Assembly (NCBI RefSeq): GCF_009834535.1
Contig: NC_045716.1
Location: 21,948,001 to 22,012,000 of the forward strand
Length of the DNA stretch: 64,000 nucleotides
Reading direction: 5' to 3'
Source: Camelus ferus
Taxonomy: Eukaryota
Each line of letters starts with the position of its first letter. The first letter of the stretch is position 1. The translations under genes were made by a program, and so were the position numbers. This document shows positions 27,647 through 38,300 of this stretch, in pieces. Below the pieces are notes generated by a model. It saw only the letters and a program-made list of their open reading frames with translations. It was not told where the DNA came from and did not search any database.

Positions 27647-27983
27647 GTTCCAGTTGTTTTCTAAGCCAGTGCAATTACTTATTTTAGAGATTTTTCTGGG
27701 ATAGAGTGGGGAGCAGGAAAGAAACCTGAGGTGGGTAGGGAAGAGGGCTAGTAGAATGGAAGTGAGAAATCTAGAGGAAGTTTGGCTGAGTTTGGGGCAC
27801 GGTGAGGAAGGTGCTGGATAGGGGTTAGGTGAAGGACGCGGAGGAGGGGTTAGGTGAAGGATGGGGTGCTGGTAGGAGGATGACAAAAGTCCTCCCAGCT
27901 CCACTTACTCACGGTGGCAGCGGCGACACTCCAGTCTAAGAATAGCCGGGATCGACAGCCAGGAGGGCTGGGACTGCCCCGCT

Positions 27984-28131
27984 NNNNNNNNNNNNNNNNN
28001 NNNNNNNNNNNNNNNNNNNNNNNNNNNNNNNNNNNNNNNNNNNNNNNNNNNNNNNNNNNNNNNNNNNNNNNNNNNNNNNNNNNNNNNNNNNNNNNNNNNN
28101 NNNNNNNNNNNNNNNNNNNNNNNNNNNNNNN
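27984..28131 (-). ncRNA. MIR92B: Probable miR-92b precursor hidden in an N-run (sequence not visible)
   Basis: Inference from synteny only: in human, MIR92B lies a few hundred bp beyond the THBS3 3' end on the opposite strand, before MUC1. Here a 148-nt N-run with GC-rich flanks sits at that position. Confidence 0.55.
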
Positions 28132-28560
28132 CAGCCCGAGAACCGGGGACGCGCTGGGGAGTTGGGTTCACTTTGGAGGCCAGAAAGGCTTGGCGCTCGG
28201 AAGAGGTTGAAGGGATGGTAAGGGGGAGGGGGAAAGGAAGAAGGGGAGACCGTGGTATCCCGGAAGGCCGCTTTCTGACGCCCGGGCGTTGCGCGCGCTT
28301 GCTCTTTAAATACTCAAGACTGCGCGGCGCGGAGCCGTCGCCATGGTGACGCGTGTCCCAGCAACCGAACTGAATGGCTATTGCCTGGCAACGGCGGGGG
28401 TTGAAGTTTTGGGGCCGCCCACCTAGATACTCGCGCTTTCTCTATCCCGTGGGTTTGGGGGGGCGGGTGCTTCCCTGCCTCAACGGCCTGGGCCTGGGCG
28501 CACTGACGTAAACGTCCCCCGCTCCGCGCCCGCCCTGGGTCAGGCTGCTGCACAAAGCCG
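28132..28560 (-). promoter_or_regulatory. CpG-island promoter facing THBS3 (candidate pri-miR-92b / THBS3-antisense promoter)
   Basis: TATTTAAA on - at 28305-28312. X-boxes GTCGCCATGGTGAC 28337-28350 and ATTGCCTGGCAAC 28380-28392, TGACGTAA 28504-28511, high CpG density. Confidence 0.6.
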
Positions 28561-29499
28561 CACCAGCCCCGCAGAGCAGCTTGTGCTCGGGGCTGTGGTC
28601 CCTGTCCTCCCCAGGCTTCCCTCCAATACCCCGGCACCGAAGTGTTCTTAAAGTTCATTTCTCAGTCTGAATTATTTGGGGCTAAGAACTGTTTCCCAAT
28701 GCGGACGTAATTGCTTCCGTCGGCCTAGACCTCAACCCAGGACTTGCGGATGGGGTCGGATATCCTAAGCTCCACGTGCGGTTGTGGCCCCGAATACTTC
28801 CTTGGTCCCACATGTTTTTGATCTTCAAAATAACTCTCGGTCTTCCCAAATTACGCACTCACATATACAATTTACTGTTCCCCCACCATGTGCCTACCTG
28901 TGCTAAATAACACTCTGCTACCCAAAGGATAGTTCTGTGCTCCCGAATACCATTCTGTCGCCCTACCTACTCTGCCTCCTAAATACGTAACTAATCTGTC
29001 TCATTCCCCCTCCCACATTCCAATGTCCTCGCCCAAATACCTCGGTCCCCCTTCCACGTAACTCAGGACGCCACCCACTTTAGCTCCATTTCCTCCGGAC
29101 ACCGCCTCCACGCGCCTCAGAGTCCCCTCCTAAAGCTCCCAGCCCCTCGATGTATCAATGATATAGTGTGTTCCTTCCCTTCTCTGTCCAAGCCACTGAC
29201 TCTTCTGGCCCAGACTCTGCTCTCCCCAGCCTCTCTCTACCCACACTTAGGCAGCGCCACCCGACCTCCTCTCTCTGGACGGGCGCAGCCCCTCAGCCCG
29301 CTCCGGCGGGCCCGGTGAGGCTCTGGGTGAACGCTAGAGGGCAGGAGAGCCCGGCCAGCGAGGCCGGCTGGCCGCAGCTACAAGGTGGAGGACTGGAATG
29401 GAAAGACCCTGGGGATTGGCGGAACTCAGATTTCTTCCTTTCTTAAGTGGAAATTTCTTCCCTCCCCTCCTTCTCGGGTGAAAGCCAAGGAAGGAACTC

Positions 29500-30100
29500 A
29501 GGCTGCTGGAAAATCCGGCAGGGGCGGGGACTGCGGGTTTCGGAGTAGAACCGTGTGTGCGGCGGGACAGGGAGCGGTTAGAAGGGTGAAGCTATTCCGG
29601 GAAGTGGTGGGGGGAGGGGCTCCAAAACTAGCACCTACTTGACGCTGTATCAAGCCTTCCCCTTTTTTCTCAGCTCCCTGGAGTGGGACTTCAAGGGACC
29701 TAGTGAGATGGGGCAATGGTGTAGGGGACCTGAGGTTGAGCTTTCCCCACCTCACTGTCCAGGACCTTGACCTAGCCCACTTTCCCTGTTACTTCTCACC
29801 AAGGCTGTTGTCCTGGGGCTAAAACTAGAGCCCTGGGGACTCAGCTTCCAGAATCCCTCCACTATCTTCTAGAGCCATGGAGTGGTCGGTGAAAGCGGGA
29901 GGCCAGTTGGAGAAGAAACTGGTTGTCAGAGGGTGGAGTGATTGGAGCCCACGTACCCTATTTGAGGGCCAGGAATGGTTGGGGAGGAGGAGGAAGCGGT
30001 AGGAGGTAGGGAAAGGGGGGGTGGGTGGAGTTTTGTCACCTGTCACCTGTTCTAGCTGAGCCTAGGGCGGGAGGGGGACCGGTATAAAGCAGCAGGCGCC
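29500..30100 (+). promoter_or_regulatory. MUC1 promoter: kB-like, Sp1, STAT/GAS, E-MUC1 E-boxes and TATA
   Basis: GGAAAATCC 29508-29516, GGGGCGGGG 29521-29529, TTCCGGGAA 29595-29603, GTCACCTGTCACCTG 30035-30049, TATAAA 30083-30088. Same order as the described human MUC1 promoter. Confidence 0.85.
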
Positions 30101-30173
30101 TGTGCCTGCTCCGCCTCATGCGCAGCGCCTGCCAGAGTCTGTCCTGCCCCCTCCCCACCACCTCACCACCACC

Positions 30174-33100
30174 ATGACACGGGACATCCAGGCCCCTTTC
30201 TTCTTCCTGCTGCTATTCCCAGTGCTTACAGGTGAGGGGCATGAGGTGGGGGAGGGGGCTGCCTTGCTTCTATGGTCTTCCCAACCTTTCTGTGGGTTTT
30301 GCTTCCTGGGAGATGGCACCTAAAGAGGTAGCAGTTGCAGACAAGTGTGGCCTGGCCCAGGATAAAGAATAAAGGAGAGAAGCTAAAGACAGGCTGCGAA
30401 GAGACAGCCCCCCCAGGAGAGTGGGTCAAATGTAGGGGACGGGGTGGTGGTGGAGTCAGGAGAGGTAAATCTTAGGAGGGATGTGGGAAGAGAGAGGGAG
30501 GCTGCCAGCAAGGAAGGAGGAGAAGGGCTGACCTAGGGGCCCACTCCCCAAATCCTTCTGGCATTACTTCTCTAGATGCCAGAGAATGTATTTTCTCCTT
30601 GTGCTGATTTGTCCCCCAACCCAACTCTGTAACCTCAACTTCTTATAGCTGCTAGCAGTACTACGCCGACAGCGGTTTTTACAACCTCTGACTATACAAG
30701 TGGAAATATACAGGCTTCGAGTAGTCAAAGCAGCCCAGCGTCCAGCGTCACTGACAGCAGTGCTGTGAACACAACCAGCAGCTTAGCCTTCACCCACAGC
30801 CCTGCCCAAGGCTCGGTCACCACTCCATTCTACAATGACAGCTCATCCCTGACCACCAATGACACCTCATCTCCAACTCCCAGCCCTGCCTCAAGCTCAG
30901 TTGTCACTCCAGGTGCACATGAGAGCACCTCTTCCAAGGCTATCGTGACCCCAGACGACATCGTGACCCCATCCTCAGCTCCCAGCAACCACTCTGATAT
31001 TCCCACCACTCCTACCAGTCACATTATGGAAACAATTACTAGCAGCACTAACCATAGCATAGTATCTCCCACCTCCATTGCTACAACTTCTCAGCAGTTG
31101 ACTGGTAGTGTCTTCCTGTACTTCCTGTCTTTTCACATTATAAACCACCAGTTTGATTTTTCCCTGGAAAATTCCAGCACCCCATACTACCAGGCACTGC
31201 AGAGAAACATTTCTGAATGGGTGAGTAGCTGCCTTTCCTCCACCATGCTCCCCTGAAGCAGCCTTCAGAACTCTTCAGACCCCTTGCATCAAACCTTAGT
31301 CATTTCCTTCTCATCCCAGTTTTCGCAGCTTTTTGATGGGAATTTCCTGGGCTTCTCATATGTCAAGTTCAGGTACAGTTCTGGGGCATATGGACTCTGT
31401 GTGGGATGGGTGGATGTTGTCATGACTGTGGGGAGGGACTCGGGTACTTGTGGTTGGGTAGTGGGGGATGCGCTGATCCAGAAGCTGGGACCCATGGCTG
31501 AGTTGCCCATTTCTCTGTTACCAGCCCAGGATCTGTGGTGGTAGAATTAATTCTCGTCCTCCGAGAAGATATCATTGATGCCAACTACCTGAACACAGAG
31601 TATCCTTGGATTATAGCACAAGCAACCAAATATAACCTGACCATCTCAAGACTCAGCGGTGAGGCCACTTCCCCAGCTGCCATCCAGCACCATGTGGCCA
31701 GGGTTCCTCCAGCAGCTGGGTTCCTGCTTTTGCACTTGGCGCTAGTAGGGGGAGGGCCACCTCCTTTGGGAGACTGCCCTAAACACTGCTTTTCCTTTTA
31801 GTGACTGATGTGTCACTTCCTTCCTCTGCCCAGTCTGGGTCTGGGGTACCTGGCTGGGGCATTGCCCTGCTGGTGCTGGTCTGTATTCTGGTCGCGCTGG
31901 CCATCATCTATGTCATTGCCATGGTAAGTTCTCAGTCCTCAGCCCTGACCAGAGTCCCTTTGTTGGAAGGAACTCCATGGTCCCCCATAACCTATCTACC
32001 CAGACTGTGTGTCATTGGCAACGAAAGAACTATGGGCAGCTGGACGTCTTTTCAACTGGCGATGCCTACCATCCTATGAGCGAGTATCCCACCTACCACA
32101 CCCATGGGCGCTATGTGCCCCCTGGCAATGCCAAACGGAGCCCCTATGAGGAGGTGAGGATGGGTCCCACAGGTGGAGGGAGGCAGAGGCTTTGGCTGGG
32201 CAGGAGTTCTGAAAAGGGTACTTGGAAAGCCCAAAGAACTTAGAAGAGGTAAGAGGTGACATGAAGTAAGCAGGGAGGGCCTGACAAGGAAGAGGGTGGA
32301 GGTCAGAGGACTTCTGGGGGAAAGGCCTGGGGAAGAGACCATGGAAGAAAGGGGACCTCAAGAGGGAGTGCCCCCACTACCAGCACTTCCAGAAGAGCAT
32401 TTGCTACTTGGTTGAACTGGTGCCATGGTGGCTGTTCACTGGGATGCCCAGAGGGGAAATGAGTGCCCAGGGGATCCCTTCACGCAGGACTCACAAGGAA
32501 TGAGCATCTGTGCCCCTACTTGTCACCCAAGAATGGAGGGCAGATTGAGACAGGCTCATGGGGAGGAGGGGGTCTCTGAATTGGGGAAGAAGTCTCACCA
32601 AGCCAGGTGAGCCTGGATGCCGGCGGTGGGTGGGGTTCTTGGGAATCTCAGAGGAGGCACAGACCCCTCCTCCCTCTTTCTTCTCCTGGCCTTTCACTCA
32701 GGGACCTAGTAAATAATTACTTGGCCACCTGGAGCTGGAAAGCCACTCAAGGTGGGGGAGGGGAGAGAGGTTTCCTTTTCTTGATCCATTTTTCCTCTGC
32801 CTGGGCACTTCCTTCTCCCAGTTTTACAGACACACATACACCTCCTTGGGCTGGAGGAGCAGAGAACGGAGAGGGAAAGGGGCAGGAGGGGAGCACAGGG
32901 GAACTGATGAGAGCCAAGGGGAAGGATTTAATGGGAGCAGAGGGAGGTGGAGTGGGCTCTGTTTACAGTCACCTGGCTGCTTCTGGTGACCAGCAGGTGC
33001 TCTCTCCAAATTAACCCTTTGAGAGCTAGTCAGGCTCCTGGGCCATTTACCCCAGCCTGGGGTGCCACTGGGGAGGAAGTTTCTCCCAGAAAAGCTTCTG

Positions 33101-33203
33101 CCCCTCACCATGGATCCCTTCTCCCCCTACCTAGGTTTCTGCGGGCAACGGTGGTAGCAACCTCTCTTACACAAACCTGGCAGCCACTTCCCCCAACTTG
33201 TAG
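30174..33203 (+). CDS. MUC1: Mucin-1, 7 exons, 385 aa; short PTS domain with no perfect VNTR
   Basis: Exons 30174-30231, 30649-31220, 31320-31372, 31525-31658, 31802-31923, 32004-32153, 33135-33203 (1158 nt, open). Signal [22 protein letters not shown] cleavage site [33 protein letters not shown], tail [19 protein letters not shown]...[14 protein letters not shown]. Confidence 0.95.
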
Positions 33204-33481
33204 GGGCACATTGCCTGCTGAGTCCTGCCAGTGCCAGCTGCCTCTCTGAGGTTGGTTCTTCGCCGCTGGAGTCCCCTGCCCCCAACTCTGATCTAGGCTG
33301 GTGAGCTAGGAGTTCAGATGGGCTGCCCACAGTCTCCCTCACAGGCCCCGTCGAGTCCCCTAAACCATCTTAGCCCTGGCGAAGCCTGTTTGGAGTCCCT
33401 GGGGACGTGCCTGAGGCAGTGGCTCCCAGGAAGGCTGGCCTGGAAAGCGCCGAGATCGGAGTGGGAACCTGAACATGGCTG

Positions 33482-33487
33482 AATAAA
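33482..33487 (+). terminator. MUC1 poly(A) signal
   Basis: AATAAA about 280 nt after the stop. Confidence 0.85.
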
Positions 33488-33519
33488 ACACAGGCCTCCT
33501 CTGCACTGACCACCAACTT

Positions 33520-33710
33520 TTTTTTTTCCGATAATCTTTCATATCAACTTTAAAAAAAAATTGAAGTATAGTTGCTTTACAATGTTATGTTAGTTTCTGG
33601 TGTACAGCATAGTGATTCAGTTATAGTTATTCTTTTTCATATTTTTCATTAGAGGTTATTACAAGTTATTGAATATAGTTCCCTGTGCTATATGGTAGGA
33701 CCTTGTTTAT
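33520..33710 (-). mobile_element. Short L1 3'-UTR insertion with 14-bp TSD just past the MUC1 poly(A) signal
   Basis: Reverse complement matches the 3' UTR of the L1 at ~5280-5450 in this window. Flanked by CTGACCACCAACTT (33506-33519) and CTGACCGCCAACTT (33711-33724). Confidence 0.85.
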
Positions 33711-34412
33711 CTGACCGCCAACTTCTGATCAGTCGTCAGTGGCTGGTAGATAGGATGGGCGGGCAGAATGTGTGTGAGAGATCTGGAAGGGGCCTTTGGG
33801 AGAGGAGACAGGAAGGAAAGAAGGCCAGAACGAGTCGGGTTCATTTGAGAGGTAGGAGGCTTGGAGAGGTGACATTGGGGCGCAGGAGTGCCCAGTGGAA
33901 GAACTCAGTCACCTCTCGTGCATGGCTGGCGGCGCAGGAGGAAGGAGGAAATGAAACCTCGGCGGCTCCAGCGGGCCAGCGTGACCCGGTTCAGCCCGCG
34001 CGCCCCAGGCTCTCCCCCTCTCCTCGGGCCTCACTCTCGCTGGGGGCGGGAGATGGCTCGCGCTCTCCTCTCCCCTTGGCACGGTGCCCCCAGGCGGCTC
34101 TATTCTTAGCTGTCTGGGCGTGAAGTCAAGTCCTTGGGCGGCGATAACAGCGGCAGAGTCAACAGGGCCACGATAAGCGTGGTGTCAGATCCGGGGGCTG
34201 GCGCCGGGCCGCGGCCTCTCCCCGGCCGCCCCACCCGCCAGCTGTCTCTGGGGTCTGCCACCCAGTACCCTGGGAATGGGGAAGTAGTTCTGGTTCCCTG
34301 ATCCCTTTGGGCCTGGGCACGAGGCCCGCCCCCTCAATCACATTCCCGCAAGGCCCGGAGCCGCCACCCGGGCACCCCGTCGGGCGCCCGACGCAAGCAG
34401 CCACCGGAGCGA

Positions 34413-34429
34413 GGCGCCCCCTGGTGGCC
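34413..34429 (-). promoter_or_regulatory. Consensus CTCF motif in the CpG-rich spacer between the MUC1 and TRIM46 3' ends
   Basis: Minus strand reads GGCCACCAGGGGGCGCC. Confidence 0.7.
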
Positions 34430-34653
34430 CTGGTCGGCTCGGGCCTGGGCCCGGTGCAGACGTGCAGAAAGCTGGCAAGCCCCTGGCTTGGGGAACTCCT
34501 TCCCTCAGGCGCGCCAGATCTCAGGGCACCTCTGTTCTGGGTAATAGCAGGGCCCCCTCGGTCCCTCCCGCCTGCCACACCCAGGACAGAAACTAAGAAG
34601 AACGGTCTGGTTCAGGGAAGGCAGAGACATCACAGGAAGGCCTGGCATCACAG

Positions 34654-34659
34654 TTTATT
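34654..34659 (-). terminator. TRIM46 poly(A) signal
   Basis: TTTATT on +, about 730 nt past the TRIM46 stop. Confidence 0.7.
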
Positions 34660-35386
34660 GTTTATAAACCATGAAAATGACAGCTGTTGCTTGGCACAGG
34701 CCTAGCAGTGCCCACCGCAGGGGGGCAGCAGCGGACACCAGAGGCCTTACCAGGCCCAACCCAACAGGGACACCCACCTTCAGCTGGGGCCCCAAGGGAG
34801 ACTTGGCACATTGGCATGGGTGCAGGTCAGGTAAAGCATGCAAGAGGGAAAAAGAGAGGGATAAGAGGCATGCGGCTGGGGGGTATAGGGACCCAAATAA
34901 ATAAAGCAGGATGATAGGGTCCCTTTTCCCTCACCAGGGAGTGCCTGGGCAGTGTCCAGCCCAAAAGCCTGCCTGCCCCAAGGCTGTAGTTCAGCATCAA
35001 TGGGGCAGGGAGCTTGGCAGGGCAGAGGGCAGAGCCGAGGAGCATACCCAGTGTTCCAGGTGCCCTCCCTCCCAATCAGCCTGGGGAGGAGCACAGGACA
35101 GGAATGGGGAAGGGGCTCTCTCCATGGCCTGGATAAGATGCCAAGGGCAGGGCATGGGGCAGAGACTGGATGGGGATGGGGGCCTGGATTAACAGGCAAT
35201 GGAGAGAATGGGGGACATCCAGAGAGGTGAGCAGAGGAGAGTCCCTTGGTCAAGAGAAGGCCCTGGGAAGACAAAGACATAGGGGCAGGACCACATGGTA
35301 GGAAGAGTATGAGGGAGAAGCTGCTGGAGGAATAACCCGGCTTCAGGAGACTTGGAGGGCCAGGGCCCAGGAGAGGCCAGGAAGGG

Positions 35387-38300
35387 TCAGTCCAGCTTGG
35401 CGAAGCCCCCAATGGTGACCTTCCTCTCAGGCTTAGTGCCCACAGGCTCTTGTAGCTGTACTGCGCCTCCCCCAATGAAGCAAAAGGCCGGGCACACAGG
35501 TCCCGAGCAGTCCAGGGGGCACTCCAGGAGCCCTCGGAAGGACACAGCATCCAGGAAGGAAACCCGACCCCGCTCGTAGTCCAGGCAGATGCCCAGGCGG
35601 GGCGGCAGGGGCACTGTGCAGCTGGCCGCCGGGCCATCCCTCCCTGTCAGCCCTGCGTTCGAGCTGGCTCCGGCTCCCAGCAGGATCTTGCCCATGCCGA
35701 TGGTTAGGAAAGCGAAGGGTGGTGACGCCTCCACTGTGGCATCCTCGGCACCGCTGTCATGCCCACTGTCCGGGTCGTACCTGCAGGAGTGGGCGTTGGG
35801 AAGGATGAGGTTGGAGGGTGGTGGAAGGGAGTGGGGGAGGGGGTACCAGAGGGTTGAGATGTTGGAAGGATGGAATGTTGGAGAGCAAGGGGTTCAAAGG
35901 CTTGATCTGGGGTATTGAGAAGAAAACATGTTGAAGAGACGGGGGTTAGAATATAGGGTTGGGGTTTGGTTTGGTGGGAAAGGGGTATTGAAAGGAAAGC
36001 ACATTGGCCAGAGAGGTGTGGGGGAAAAGGGGAGACAGGGTAATAAGGTAATAAAGCACCTTGAAGAAATGCAGCGCTTCTGACATTGGAAGGTGGTGAG
36101 AAAAATGGTGCTGGAATATCATGCTGGTGGAAGGTTTTGAGGATTAGCAAATCTTAGAAGAATGAGTTGTTAGTGACTAAGGTACTGGGGAGAGGAGGAG
36201 GGCAGAGAAAGGATGTTGGGAAGGTGGATGTTGGGAAAGAGATGGGAGTGGGTCAGTGTCTTACATGAAGGGTGTTAGCGGGATGCAGCAGGGCTGAGGA
36301 CCATAGGTTCAGGAAGGAATTGGTGTCAGAAGGCATTCTGAATAAATGGGATGTTGGGGAAATGGGGGACGGAGTGCTGGGGAGAAAGGGGTCAGGGAGA
36401 AAAGCATGTATGGGAGGGTGTTAAACAGGATGTTGGGATGAGAAGGTAGGGGTGGAAAGTTAAAGGGAAGCATTTTAGCGTGTTGAGAAAAGATGTGGGT
36501 GAAGGAGGTACTGGAGAGAAGAGGCTTTGTGGAGAAAGGATGTTAGAAATGGGGTATCAGGGAGAGAGGACATGGAGACTTGGAGAGATGGTGTGTTAGT
36601 CCTGAGTGACAGATGGAAGTGGAGATGGCTGCATTGTCTATGGTCCCATTCCCCAGCCACTCCAAATATCAATCTTCAAAGTCCTTTCACTGAGCCCACA
36701 TTTCCCCCAACCACAGGCTCCCCAGCCTGGCTTCCCTGCTCTTATTACATCCTCCTAAGCTCCTCCCAGCTCCATCCCAGCAAGTGTGTACTCCCCTTGC
36801 CGACCCTGGCCTGTCCCCAGCACCCCCAGCCAGATCCCCATATCTCCATCCCTCCCAGAGAGGCCTGACCTGGGGCTGATGACGTCGGGGGCACCCTGNN
36901 NNNNNNNNNNNNNNNNNNNNNNNNNNNNNNNNNNNNNNNNNNNNNNNNNNNNNNNNNNNNNNNNNNNNNNNNNNNNNNNNNNNNNNNNNNNNNNNNNNNN
37001 NNNNNNNNNNNNNNNNNNNNNNNNNNNNNNGTGGCAGCCCGTCAGCAGCCGCTCGGCAGCCAGCAGCAGCGGCAGCCCTGGAACACTCCGCACCGCTCGC
37101 TGGTCCTTGCTGATGGCCAGCCGCTCTCGGCTTGTGCCCCAGCGGCCATCAAGGAAGAAGTGCAGGACTGGAGGTGGGGAGGGTTGAGACAGAAGGAAGG
37201 ACTTCAGGGACGAACACTGGCACTGGGGACCTCGAGGTGTCAGCACGAGACACTGGGAGATTTCAGAACATGGAACAAGTTGCCGAGGGATGGGCAGGGG
37301 GGCTGGGGAACAGGGCCTGGAGCACTGGAATGGGGAGCATGAGGAGAAGAGAAGGGGCATCCCAAGTGGGCATGGGACCCCAGGAAGAGTTTCAGTGATG
37401 ACGAGCGGGCACAGCAACCAGCCTCCCAGACCCAGCGGACTCCAGTGCTGCCTCTCACCCCTTTCTTGTGGCTGCCCCGTGGAGGGCCCCCACAGCAGTC
37501 CATTCCACCTGGCGACATCCCACCGCCATTGGCCTGCACCTTCCAGCCCACACGCTGATGCTCATGCCTGGCCCTGACACCCAGCCCCTCATTCTTCTGC
37601 CCCCTACTTGGGTGGTGATGTGCCACTATTATGCCCACACCCAGAGTCCCCACTGTTTTCTGGAGAGTCACTCTACCAACATTTATGGAGCCTAAAACTT
37701 GGCTAAGACTTTACACATAATCATCTCACTTAATTCTCACAACCCCATGAGATCAGTATGTTATTACCCTGACAGAAGAGGAACTTGGAAGCTCAGGGAG
37801 GGTGAATAACTTGCCCAAAGCCACACAGTTGGCAAGAGGCAGAGCTTGGATTTGAATCCAGGCAGTCTAGCTCCCGAGCTAGTGAGTGTGACCCGCTGTG
37901 TTATGCCATCTCTCTCTCCAGTGCCCACCCAGCACCAGCTGTCAGTGCCTGGGCCCCAGCAGACCGTGCACCCACTCACCGGGTGCCGGGGGCGTGTGCA
38001 GGTGCACGTCTTCACTGTACTCGCCGTAGCCGGCCTTGTTGCAGCCACGGACACGCAGCACATACACAGAGCCCGTGTCTGGGTTCTCCAGCAGGGCGCT
38101 GGTGCCCCTCACCTCCTCCCGCCGCTGCCAACGGGTGGGGCCCGGCTGGGCTGGCACGTCCGTGCGCCGGAACTCAATGGTGTAGTGCCAGGCAGGTGGT
38201 GAGTGAGGGGGCAGCCGCCAGCACAGGAAGATCTGGTCGTAGGCAAAGGTGCGCTGGGTGTCGATGACCGGAGCCTCGGGCACTGTTGGAAGAGACAGCA

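Noticed and set aside
27821-27861. 16-bp direct repeat GGGGTTAGGTGAAGGA x2
   Set aside because: Only two copies with a 9-nt spacer: a local duplication, not an array or CRISPR-like structure.
34780-35637. 285-aa minus-strand ORF
   Set aside because: It is an alternative frame over the TRIM46 last exon and 3' UTR, has a non-ATG start and low-complexity composition, and no splice route into it is evident.
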